DNA of 50,409 nt, taken from contig JAFONM010000003.1 of assembly GCA_017418445.1 (NCBI GenBank), forward strand, positions 1 through 50,409, read 5' to 3'. Numbering within the stretch: the stretch's first letter is position 1; every line of letters starts with the position of its first letter. Made by a program: the position numbers and the translations under genes. Source of the stretch: Kiritimatiellia bacterium (GTDB lineage: Bacteria; Verrucomicrobiota; Kiritimatiellia; RFP12; UBA1067). Below, in pieces: positions 8,516-16,899 of this stretch. The notes beneath the pieces were generated by a model, which made no database searches, was not told the origin of the DNA, and saw only the letters and a program-made list of their open reading frames with translations.

Positions 8516-11500
8516 ATGAAGAAAAGCATATTGGCGGCGGTCCTGGCCGGACTGTGCGCATGGACGGGGACGGCGGACTTTCCCCGGCTCAGGCTCGACG
8601 GTGAAAAGGTCGCGATTCCCGCCGACTGGAAGGGCAGGAGCGTCGGCTTCGAGCAGAAGCTCGCCTTCTGCGAGGTGGACGTGATCGTCAACGGCAGGAA
8701 GGCGGGGACCGCCTACGCGCCGGACGGGATGGTGGAAATCTCCCAGTTCCTGAAGTTCGGATCCGAGAACGAAATCAAGACAGTGGAGCGTCCGGCAGTC
8801 GCCTACGTAGGGCGCGGCGACGGGTCCTACGCGAACCGCAACGGCAAGACGAGAGTCGGCGATGCGATGCTTGTCGCGCGGACGCCCGCCTACGTGGACG
8901 ACTTCTTCGTCCGTCCTTCGTGGCGCGAGAAGAAGCTCTACGTCGACGCCGAGATAGAGTCCGCCCGCGACATGGAGGGCGAAGTCTCCGTCTTCGTCTC
9001 GGACGCGCCCGGCTCTTCGGTGATCGTGAAGGGGTCGAAGAAGGCCAGGCTCGTCATGGGCCCGAACGTCGTCAGGGTCGAGATCGAGTGGGCGAATCCG
9101 ATTCCCTGGGAGCCCGTCGCGCATCCCAAGACCTACGACTGCCGCGTCGAGCTCGCCGCCGGCGGCGCGAAGTGCGATTCCAACCGTCCGTCGACGCTGT
9201 TCGGATTCCGCGAGATCTGGCACGAGGGCAGGGAGATCATGCTCAACGGACACGTCCAGCGCTTCCGCGGTTTCTGGAACCAGGGCGTGCCCAGGGACAT
9301 GAACGACCTCCACAAGTACGGCTACAACCTCTCCTACGAGACCCACAAGCACTGGGCATACCTGTTCGAGGACGAGAAGTCGCTCATCGAGAAGTCCAAG
9401 GCGGGCGTCGCCGTGTTCGCCGGCATGCCGTCCATCTACTTCGTCCACGACGCGATCCGCAGCGATCCGAAGTGCACAGAGGCGTTCAGGCGTTCGCTCA
9501 AGGCGTGGATGCGCACCTGGCGCAACTATCCAGCGATCATCGCCGCCTCGACTGGAGTCAACCAGATCTGCCCCGAGATGAACATGAAGCCGGAGCACCT
9601 CGGCCAGACCCCGCAGCAGGGCGGCGTCGTCGAAAACATCGAGTTCGCCGCGAACATCGCCCGCGAGATGAATCCGAACTGCCTCTACTTCTCCCACGCG
9701 GACGGCACCGAGGCCGACATCTCGTCCTCCAACCTCTACTTCAACTTCACCCCGCTGCAGGAGCGCGAGGAGTGGCTGTCGCAGTGGTCGACGAACGGAA
9801 TCCTGCCGTGGTACGCCGCCGAGTTCGGCGCGCCCTACTACGCCTGCTGGTTCCACAGCCGCGTCCCGGAGATGACCGAGTGGCTTGCCGCCTACTACGG
9901 CGAACGCGCCTACCGCGAGGAGACCGAGGACATGCTCAGGTTCTCCAAGGACTTCGCGAAGGACTGCCTCCGGAAGACCCACGGCGGATGGGTGAACGGC
10001 AAGGACCTCTACGCGTTCAATCCGCTCGCCGAGGAGTATTCGCGCATGCTTGTCTACCGCACCAACCGCGCATGGCGCTACTACGGACTCAACGGCGGAC
10101 TCATGTACCTGACGAGCTGGCCGTGGGACAGTCCCAATACGATGCGCGACCGCCAGATGCAGGCCAACGGCGACATCGTCACCTTCATCGGCGGGGAGGG
10201 CGATCCGACCGACCGCACCCACGCCTACGCGAGCGAGGCGGAGATCCGCAAGTCGCTGGTGTTCATCTGGGACGGGCAGGGAGACAACGAACTGACGGCG
10301 GACTGGAAGTTCGCCGACGCGTCCGGCAAGACCGTCAAATCCGGCAGGGAGTCCGTCAAGCTCGCCCAGGGCGAGATCAGGAAGGTGCCGGTCGTCGTCA
10401 AGGCGCCCGCCGTGAAGGAGCGCAGGTCCTTCCGCTTCGAGGCGGTCTTCAACGCGAGGCGCGGATTCGACAAGCCCGCGAACGCGACGGTCAAGACCGA
10501 CTCGTTCGATGTCGAGGTCTATCCCGTCGAGGTCCAGAAGCCCCGCAACCGCAAGGACGTCGCGATCTACGATCCCGAGGGACGCACCGCGCCGCTCTTC
10601 GTGGAGTGCGGAGTCGGGGCGAAGGCCTTTGACACGCTCGACGCGGCGATAGCCGCGAAGCCGAAGTTCCTCGTTGTCGGCTGGCGCGCGCTCTCGAAAG
10701 GCCAGGGACTGGAGAAGGCGGCTTCCGCCATCGAGTCCGGAATGCGCGTCCTCGTGATGCAGCAGAAGGCGGACGTGTGGAGGCTCCTCGGCTTCAAGGT
10801 CGAGGACTCGATGGCCCGCCGCATGTTCAACAACGGCCTCGCCGGGGTGGACGACATCGACCTCGCGCACTGGGCCGGCTCGCCGATAGAGGATGTGCCG
10901 TTCGGCAACGTGATGAAGCACGAGACTCGCCGCGGACCGCGGTGGACCCACCACCACGCCGTCTCTGGCACTCCCATCCTCATTCCGCAGCGCGGTGGCT
11001 TCGTCCCCCTGGTGCGCGGCGAGTTCGACCTCTCCTACTCCGCGCTTCTCAAGGAGCGCCTCGGCAGGGGCGCGGTCTACTTCTGCGCGTTCGACTTCGA
11101 GGGACGCGACTGCCCGGCGGCGAAGCGCGTCTTCGCCGCGGTCGCGCGCGAGTTCCTGGACGGACGCGACGTCGAACCGGCGAAGCTCGTCGTCGACGGA
11201 GCCCATGCCGAGCGCATTGCGAAGACGATGGGCCTCGACTGCTCGAAGTACGGCGGCAAGTCCGAGAAGGACGCCGTCCTCCTCGTCGGACGCGACTCCA
11301 GGCTCTCCGCCGACGTCGTGAAGGGCTGGAAGGGTCCGGCGGCGATGGTCGTCGCCAACGATGCGATAGCCGATTCAATCGCCGGACTTGGCGAGAAGGC
11401 GGAGTTCTACCGCGGCAGGGCGGGCGACCACCTGATGCGTTCGCGCGACGGCATCGAGTACCGTCCCTTCAAGGACGGGAGCGCGGTCAAGAAGGTCGGC

Positions 11501-12418
11501 AGGGTCCTCCTCGACCAGCTCGATCCGTTCCAGTGCGGCGACCGCTACCGCTCCGGGGACGGCAAGGCGGCGAAGCTTGCGCGCGGCGGCTGGGGTTCGG
11601 TCCCGAAGGGAGACAAGGACCTCCTTCTCCGCAACGCCTCCCAGAGCGAGGACAACTTCATGCGCCGCTATTCGACGACGCTCGCCGGATTCGGCGTCGG
11701 CGCCGGGGCGAAGGTGTTCGCGCGCTCGCTCTATACGAAGCCGGAGCAGGCGTACGATCCTATCTCCCAGTACAACGTGCTGGGTCCGTGGCCCAGCGAG
11801 AAGGACGACGACCACTACATGGTGGACACGATCTTCCCGGTGGACGAGTCGAAGGGCGGCGACTCCGGCAGGCTGGCGGAGGAGATGGCGATCAGGGGCG
11901 ACGTCCAGCCGAACCCGCGCTTCCATCCGCTCGGGCTCAAGTACCTCGACTCCACGCCCAAGGACCTCTGGTTCCTCGACTGGCGTCCGGTCGTGAAGAG
12001 CCGCGACGACGGATTCGTCGACTACTCGCAGGCACATCCGCTCATCGCCGCGCAGAGCTTCTGCACGTGCTACTGCGTCGGATTCTTCAAGCGCCGCGAG
12101 GCGGGCGAGATCACGGTCCGCTTCGGCGTCGACTGGCGCGGCAAGATCTGGGTCAACGGCGTCGCCTATCCGCCGGTCTACGGCGGGCACAAGGACGAGG
12201 GTTCCGTCATCTACGAGCACGTGAAGGTCCACGCCGGCGACAACTACGTCACGGTGAAGGCCGGCTGCGGGCAGTCCGCGAAGACGTTCTGGCTGAACAT
12301 CAGCCACGAGCTCCAGCCCGGCGAGGTGTCCCGCGTCCGCGTCCCCGAGCTCGACGGAACCGACCTCTACGAGACGGCGAACGCCGGCTTCGATCCCTAC
12401 GAGTACGTCTACTGGTAG
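8516..12418 (+). CDS. exported giant GH2-like protein, paralog of 4472..8425 (1300 aa)
   Basis: Signal peptide MKKSILAAVLAGLCAWTGTA. FGFREIWHEGREIMLNGHVQRFRGFW and AEFGAPYY are present. Blocks shared with the upstream gene include FSHxDG, NLYxNFxPxQERE and YCAFxFE. Confidence 0.6.
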   Translation: MKKSILAAVLAGLCAWTGTADFPRLRLDGEKVAIPADWKGRSVGFEQKLAFCEVDVIVNGRKAGTAYAPDGMVEISQFLKFGSENEIKTVERPAVAYVGRGDGSYANRNGKTRVGDAMLVARTPAYVDDFFVRPSWREKKLYVDAEIESARDMEGEVSVFVSDAPGSSVIVKGSKKARLVMGPNVVRVEIEWANPIPWEPVAHPKTYDCRVELAAGGAKCDSNRPSTLFGFREIWHEGREIMLNGHVQRFRGFWNQGVPRDMNDLHKYGYNLSYETHKHWAYLFEDEKSLIEKSKAGVAVFAGMPSIYFVHDAIRSDPKCTEAFRRSLKAWMRTWRNYPAIIAASTGVNQICPEMNMKPEHLGQTPQQGGVVENIEFAANIAREMNPNCLYFSHADGTEADISSSNLYFNFTPLQEREEWLSQWSTNGILPWYAAEFGAPYYACWFHSRVPEMTEWLAAYYGERAYREETEDMLRFSKDFAKDCLRKTHGGWVNGKDLYAFNPLAEEYSRMLVYRTNRAWRYYGLNGGLMYLTSWPWDSPNTMRDRQMQANGDIVTFIGGEGDPTDRTHAYASEAEIRKSLVFIWDGQGDNELTADWKFADASGKTVKSGRESVKLAQGEIRKVPVVVKAPAVKERRSFRFEAVFNARRGFDKPANATVKTDSFDVEVYPVEVQKPRNRKDVAIYDPEGRTAPLFVECGVGAKAFDTLDAAIAAKPKFLVVGWRALSKGQGLEKAASAIESGMRVLVMQQKADVWRLLGFKVEDSMARRMFNNGLAGVDDIDLAHWAGSPIEDVPFGNVMKHETRRGPRWTHHHAVSGTPILIPQRGGFVPLVRGEFDLSYSALLKERLGRGAVYFCAFDFEGRDCPAAKRVFAAVAREFLDGRDVEPAKLVVDGAHAERIAKTMGLDCSKYGGKSEKDAVLLVGRDSRLSADVVKGWKGPAAMVVANDAIADSIAGLGEKAEFYRGRAGDHLMRSRDGIEYRPFKDGSAVKKVGRVLLDQLDPFQCGDRYRSGDGKAAKLARGGWGSVPKGDKDLLLRNASQSEDNFMRRYSTTLAGFGVGAGAKVFARSLYTKPEQAYDPISQYNVLGPWPSEKDDDHYMVDTIFPVDESKGGDSGRLAEEMAIRGDVQPNPRFHPLGLKYLDSTPKDLWFLDWRPVVKSRDDGFVDYSQAHPLIAAQSFCTCYCVGFFKRREAGEITVRFGVDWRGKIWVNGVAYPPVYGGHKDEGSVIYEHVKVHAGDNYVTVKAGCGQSAKTFWLNISHELQPGEVSRVRVPELDGTDLYETANAGFDPYEYVYW

Positions 12419-12425
12419 GGGTCTG

Positions 12426-12441
12426 CCGCCGCGGCGGTTTT
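12426..12441. terminator. GC palindrome plus T-tract between convergent genes (candidate intrinsic terminator)
   Basis: CCGCCGCGGCGG is a perfect palindrome followed by TTTT, 8 nt after the GH2-like stop. The stem is short and the loop minimal, so support is weak. Confidence 0.35.
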
Positions 12442-12464
12442 CGGACTTGCCGCGGCGAGGGCGG

Positions 12465-13085
12465 CTACATCCGCAGCAGGTGCTTGCGGAGAGCTGTCGC
12501 GACCGCCTCGGAACGGTTTGTCGCGCCGATCTTGGCGAAGAGGGCCTTGACGTGCTCCTTCACCATCGGCAGGCTGATTCCGAGGCGGACCGCTATTTCC
12601 TTGTTCGTGAGTCCGTCGACGATCGACTCGAGGATTTCCGTCTGGCGGGTCGTCAGGTCCGGAACCGGCGGCTCCGAGTCGAGTATCGCCCTGATGTCCG
12701 GCGCGATGTAGCGCTCGCCCGCGGCGACCGTGCGGACCGCGTTCACGAGGTCCGAGAAGTCCGTGCTCTTGAGGACCGCGCCGTTGGCGCCCGCCGACAG
12801 CGCGTGCGCGATTCCGTCCGCGGTTCCGAAGGTCGTGAGGATGACAACCTTCGTGCCGGGAAGCCTTTCGCGGATCTGCCGAGTCGCCTCCACGCCGTCC
12901 GTGACGGGCATCATCAGGTCCATGATGACGACGTCCGGCGCGAGCTTCTGCGCCTTCCTGACCGCCTCGTCGCCGTCCGCCGCCTCGCCCACAATCTCGA
13001 AGTCTCCCTTCCTGCCCAGCAGGGACGAGAGCCCCATGCGCAGTATGGCGTGGTCGTCAGCTATCATCACCCGTATCTTCTTCAT
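12465..13085 (-). CDS. response regulator, NarL/LuxR (FixJ) family (206 aa)
   Basis: Receiver domain (MKKIRVMIADDH...VVIMDLMMP...) plus a LuxR-type HTH (LTTRQTEILESIVDGLTNKEIAVRLGISLPMVKEHV). Only the last 206 codons of track ORF 12465..14414 are used. The ATG overlaps the kinase stop (ATGA). Confidence 0.9.
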   Translation of the reverse strand: MKKIRVMIADDHAILRMGLSSLLGRKGDFEIVGEAADGDEAVRKAQKLAPDVVIMDLMMPVTDGVEATRQIRERLPGTKVVILTTFGTADGIAHALSAGANGAVLKSTDFSDLVNAVRTVAAGERYIAPDIRAILDSEPPVPDLTTRQTEILESIVDGLTNKEIAVRLGISLPMVKEHVKALFAKIGATNRSEAVATALRKHLLRM

Positions 13086-15196
13086 GTCGCCTCCCTGTCT
13101 TCGAGATGCGCGGGAAGCGATATCGTCGCCTCCGCGCCGTGCCCGGGCTCGCTTGCAATCGTGAATCGACCGCCGAGGTTGCCGATGCGCTCGCGGATGC
13201 CCTGAAGTCCGAAATGGCCCTGGGCGAGTCCGGGACTCGTCTCCGGATCGAATCCCCTGCCGTCGTCCCTGACGCGGCAGACGAGCCCGTCGCCGTCCAG
13301 TCGTCCCGTAATCTCGATCTTCTTCGCGCCGCCGTGGCGGACCGCGTTGATGACGAGCTCGCGAATCGCCTTGAAGAGCGAGAAGACAGTGGAGTCGGAG
13401 AGCCTGTCGCGCGGAACGTCGAAGTCGAGCGCGAGTTCGGCTTCGCCGAGGTGCGGCCTGAGGGCCTTGCCGAGCGTCTCGTTGAGGTTGGAGTCCTCGA
13501 GCGCGGTTCCGCGAAGGTCCCAGATGCAGTTCCTCAGGTCGTTCCTGCAGGACTTGAGCGCCTTCGCGGCGAAGTCGAGGTGCGGACGCATGTCCGGCGG
13601 CGCGGAGTCCGCGAAGTCGAGCGCCGTCTCGAGCTCCAGCGAGATTCCGGTCAGGTTCTGCGCCACCGAATCGTGCAGCTCGACCGCGAGACGCGTGCGC
13701 TCCTCGGTGCGCATGTCCGCCTTCGCGCGCGTCACCTGTTCGCGGAAGAGTTCGCGTCCGCGCCTGACCGCGAGCCGCCCAAGTGCGCGGTTCCATACGA
13801 GGATCGCGAGAAGGGCGGCGAACAGCGCGCCGATGACCATCAAAAGACGCTTCGGGGTCCACCACGAAGGACGCGCGAGGACGCGGATGTCGTCCGGATT
13901 CCTGAGAACGAGGAACACGCCGGTGACGTGCGGGAACGGCGCCTGCGGACGCCAGTTCTCCGTGTCCATGACGCATACGCCGTCGACCTCGATGCGGTAT
14001 CCCGGCTCGATGGGTTCCGGAGGTTCGGAGACGGATCCGATGTCCACGGCCAGCGTCTTGCCGCCGTCGGAGAGCAGGACTGTTCCGGACTCGGCGCCGT
14101 AGTCCGGAGAATCGATCACCGTTCCGGCGACCCGCAGGATCCGGCCGTGGCGCACGACGTCGAACTTGCGCAGTCCGCGGATGTCTGCGACCAGATCGGC
14201 GATGGCGACTGACTCCGGCTCCATGTCGAAGTACGTGAACGGTTCGGACCTCCTCCATATCGCGCGGGCGAGGTTGAGGTGGTAGAAGTCCGTCTCCGGG
14301 AGTCCCGCCGCCTCCACGAAGTCGCCGACCGCCGGAGGCTTCCCGCCCGAGAGCGCCACCGTCGACGCGCTGCCGTCCGGAGCCTTGAGCATCATCATCC
14401 GTCCGTGCATCCACACGGCCGCCACGCGTCCGCGCAGCTTGCGGCGGCGCGGCAGGGAGTCGTCCGGGAAGAGTATGTCGTGGACGTTGCCCTCGAGGTC
14501 TGGGACGTCGAACGGGGCGGGCGGAGGCGTTATGATCGTGATGTCCTTCCTGTCCAGGATGTTGACTTCGTACCCGAGTCTGGCGCGCGGACCGACTCCG
14601 CGGTAGCTGGAACAGACGCCGACGATGGACACCCTCGCGTCGACGAGACCGGCGAGATCGGTGTCGGTCAGCGACCGGGACGGAAAGTACATGGTGTCGC
14701 CGTCCTTGACGAGGACTATGAAGGTGTATTCGGGATTCGCCTCGTCGCGGAACGCCTCCACGACCGTCCCTTCGAGCCTGACGCGGTGCGACGTGAACCT
14801 GCCGCTGAAGACGTCCGCCGCCGAGACGTCCTCCGGATCGGGAATCGTTCCGCGTCCGACGACGGACATCTCCTCGACTACCGGCATGAAGATTCCGTCC
14901 TCGACAGTGCGTATCGCGCCCTTGAAGCGCATGAGGTCCCCGACCTCGACATGACGACCCTGGGTGAAAAGCCGCCTTGCGTTCACGGTGGCGTAGCCCG
15001 AGCCGTCCACGATCTCGAACGATCCGACCGCGGAATGGAACACGGGAGTCGCGACGGTTGCCGTGATGTCGAACGCGACTTCCTCCACGACTCCCGCAAG
15101 CGCCATCCGGTTGGCCTCGTCGGCCGTTCGCGCGATGTCGGACGCTTCCGCGCAGAGCGCGGCTGCGAGCATGGTCATGATGGCGGTCGTTCGCAT
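13082..15196 (-). CDS. sensor histidine kinase, HisKA_3/NarX-LiaS type, with a large extracytoplasmic domain (704 aa)
   Basis: An N-terminal signal/anchor is followed by a ~440-aa beta-rich region and a TM helix (LLMVIGALFAALLAILVW). The kinase core shows the H-box ELHDSVAQNL, N-box ELVINAVRHG, DDGRGF and GLQGIRERI. Confidence 0.85.
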   Translation of the reverse strand: MRTTAIMTMLAAALCAEASDIARTADEANRMALAGVVEEVAFDITATVATPVFHSAVGSFEIVDGSGYATVNARRLFTQGRHVEVGDLMRFKGAIRTVEDGIFMPVVEEMSVVGRGTIPDPEDVSAADVFSGRFTSHRVRLEGTVVEAFRDEANPEYTFIVLVKDGDTMYFPSRSLTDTDLAGLVDARVSIVGVCSSYRGVGPRARLGYEVNILDRKDITIITPPPAPFDVPDLEGNVHDILFPDDSLPRRRKLRGRVAAVWMHGRMMMLKAPDGSASTVALSGGKPPAVGDFVEAAGLPETDFYHLNLARAIWRRSEPFTYFDMEPESVAIADLVADIRGLRKFDVVRHGRILRVAGTVIDSPDYGAESGTVLLSDGGKTLAVDIGSVSEPPEPIEPGYRIEVDGVCVMDTENWRPQAPFPHVTGVFLVLRNPDDIRVLARPSWWTPKRLLMVIGALFAALLAILVWNRALGRLAVRRGRELFREQVTRAKADMRTEERTRLAVELHDSVAQNLTGISLELETALDFADSAPPDMRPHLDFAAKALKSCRNDLRNCIWDLRGTALEDSNLNETLGKALRPHLGEAELALDFDVPRDRLSDSTVFSLFKAIRELVINAVRHGGAKKIEITGRLDGDGLVCRVRDDGRGFDPETSPGLAQGHFGLQGIRERIGNLGGRFTIASEPGHGAEATISLPAHLEDREAT

Positions 15197-15202
15197 GACT
15201 AC

Positions 15203-15211
15203 ATTATACCA
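15203..15211 (-). promoter_or_regulatory. extended -10 box TGGTATAAT (minus strand), 6 nt from the kinase ATG (leaderless configuration)
   Basis: The minus strand reads TGGTATAAT-GTAGTC-ATG. Confidence 0.55.
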
Positions 15212-15246
15212 TATCGCAAGGTCGGCGGAAACGGCCGCCGTGGATT

Positions 15247-15255
15247 TGGTATAAT
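15247..15255 (+). promoter_or_regulatory. extended -10 box TGGTATAAT abutting the C69-like gene
   Basis: TGGTATAAT-ATGGGC-GTG. The ATG directly abuts the box and an in-frame GTG lies 6 nt downstream. Confidence 0.55.
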
Positions 15256-15261
15256 ATGGGC

Positions 15262-16308
15262 GTGAAAACCCTGTCGTGCATCCTTTCCGCGATTGCGCTC
15301 GCCGCCGCCTCGTCCGAGGCGTGCACGGTCGTCGTGGTCGGAAAGAACGCGTCGACGACGGGAAGGGTGATCGTCGGACACAACGAGGATGACGCGGGGA
15401 GCGTCTCGATGATTCACGGCCTCGTCCCCGCGCGCGACTGGCCCGCCGGCAGCACGATGCCGGCCGAGAAGGGATGCGCCTCGATTCCGCAGGTTCCGCA
15501 CACGCTCGGATTCTTCTGGAGCGAGGCGGTGGAGTCCGGCAGGGGCATCGAGAACGCGGACGCCTTCCTGAACGAGCGCGGCGTCCTGATCGTCTCCGAC
15601 AGCGCCGGAATCTCCACCATCGACACGAAGGACGCGTCCCGTCTCGCCGACGGCGGAATCTGGTACAACCTGCGCCGCGCCGTCGCGGAACGCGCTACGA
15701 GCGCGAGGGAGGCGGTCTTCATCATCTGCGAACTCGTGGACAGGTGGGGCTACGTCCCGTCGGGACGCATCTACACCGTCGCGGACGCGAACGAGGGATG
15801 GCAGGTGCAGATCGCGAGCGGGAAGGGACACTGGGCCGTCGAGCGCTGCCCCGACGATTCGGTTGCAGTGTGCCCGAACCACTACACGTGCAGGGACGCG
15901 AAGCGGTTCCAGGCTCCGGAATGGACGAACATCGCGCACAACACAAATCGCCAGAACTTCGTGACGTCCCGGCTGCTGGGACGCGAGTGGCGCGACGAGT
16001 CGTATCCGTTCTCGGCGAGGGCGGAGCGCAAGGTCTCTCCCGAGGACGTCGAGCGCGCGCTGTCGGCGCACCCGGCGGACTGGCCGCGCCACGAGAAGGA
16101 CTTCGATTCGCCGTCCGCCTGCCGCGCCGCGACCGTGGAGTCGATAGTCTGCGATTTCGGAGAACGCGCCGAGGATACGGTCCTCCACGTCGCGGGACGC
16201 AGGCCCTGCGAGACGGGCTACAGGAAGATCCGTCCGCTGGCGAAGCCGTCGCCTGCGGACTTCGAGAACGCGAATGCGGCGGAGAGGCTCGCCAATCACC
16301 TGAGGTAG
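15262..16308 (+). CDS. exported Ntn-hydrolase, peptidase C69 (dipeptidase)-like
   Basis: The signal peptide ends ...AAASSEA|CTVVVVGKNASTTGRVIVGHNEDD, which is the Cys-nucleophile N-terminus typical of C69 dipeptidases. The start may be GTG 15262 (leaderless) or ATG 15256. The protein is shorter than classical C69 enzymes. Confidence 0.6.
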   Translation: MKTLSCILSAIALAAASSEACTVVVVGKNASTTGRVIVGHNEDDAGSVSMIHGLVPARDWPAGSTMPAEKGCASIPQVPHTLGFFWSEAVESGRGIENADAFLNERGVLIVSDSAGISTIDTKDASRLADGGIWYNLRRAVAERATSAREAVFIICELVDRWGYVPSGRIYTVADANEGWQVQIASGKGHWAVERCPDDSVAVCPNHYTCRDAKRFQAPEWTNIAHNTNRQNFVTSRLLGREWRDESYPFSARAERKVSPEDVERALSAHPADWPRHEKDFDSPSACRAATVESIVCDFGERAEDTVLHVAGRRPCETGYRKIRPLAKPSPADFENANAAERLANHLR

Positions 16309-16327
16309 TTTCATGGAGAAGAGACAC

Positions 16328-16882
16328 ATGTTCATAAAACTGACAAGGATCGACGGTTCGCCCGTCTGGATAAACGCATCGTTCGTCGTCACCGTCGAGC
16401 CAGCCCACGGCGGATCGCTCGTAGTGCCGGTGGGAGACGGACTCGACTACGACGTGCGCGAAAAGCCCGAGGAGGTCCTCTCGATGCTCGAAGGCGCTCC
16501 CGTCGCCGCCATCCTTCCCGTCCCCGCGGTCGATGCGCTTGCGCCGCAGGCGGACGACGTCTCGCCCGAGGAAGGGGAGAAGCCCGCCGCCGAGCCGCCC
16601 GGGAAGGATGCGAAGCCGGCGACCGCGAAGAAGACGGCGACCAGGAAGACCGCGGCGACGAAGAGGCGCACGACGAAGAAGAAGGCGGCGGAGTCCGCGC
16701 CTCTCCTTGCGGACGAGCAGGTCGCGCGCCTCTCGAAGATGAAGCCCGGCAGGATCGCCGCATTCAACAACACGCTGACCGCGCAGTTCAAGGTGGCGGC
16801 GGCGGATACGGACGCCGTGCGCGAATGGCTCGTGAAGAAGGGCGTCGTCGCGGTCGACGGAGTGCGCCTCAACTGGCTGTAA
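16328..16882 (+). CDS. FlbD-like N-terminal domain protein with a Lys/Ala/Thr-rich basic tract
   Basis: MFIKLTRIDGSPVWINASFVVTVEP...VREKPEEVLSML resembles FlbD/SwrD (MIKLTRLDGSEFxLN...). The central tract is KPATAKKTATRKTAATKRRTTKKKAAE. GGAGAAGAG lies upstream of ATG 16328; the alternative start is 16313. Confidence 0.45.
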   Translation: MFIKLTRIDGSPVWINASFVVTVEPAHGGSLVVPVGDGLDYDVREKPEEVLSMLEGAPVAAILPVPAVDALAPQADDVSPEEGEKPAAEPPGKDAKPATAKKTATRKTAATKRRTTKKKAAESAPLLADEQVARLSKMKPGRIAAFNNTLTAQFKVAAADTDAVREWLVKKGVVAVDGVRLNWL

Positions 16883-16899
16883 CGGTTCGACGGCTTCAC

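Noticed and set aside
8366-11206. 946-aa minus-strand ORF antisense to GH2-like gene 2
   Set aside because: Same reasoning: a low-complexity Arg/Ala/Gly/Val-rich translation overlapping a well-supported plus-strand gene.
13086-14414. Upstream 443 codons of track ORF 12465..14414, which would extend the response regulator to 649 aa
   Set aside because: The extension is Arg/Gly-rich nonsense lying out of frame over the histidine-kinase gene. The receiver domain begins cleanly at MKKIRVM (ATG at 13083..13085), with an ATGA overlap to the kinase stop.
15256-15258. ATG 15256 as the start of the C69-like gene
   Set aside because: It directly abuts the TGGTATAAT box, so it would lie upstream of the expected transcription start. 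The in-frame GTG at 15262 gives a canonical M-K-T-L signal peptide. It is kept as an alternative because no transcription start site data are available.
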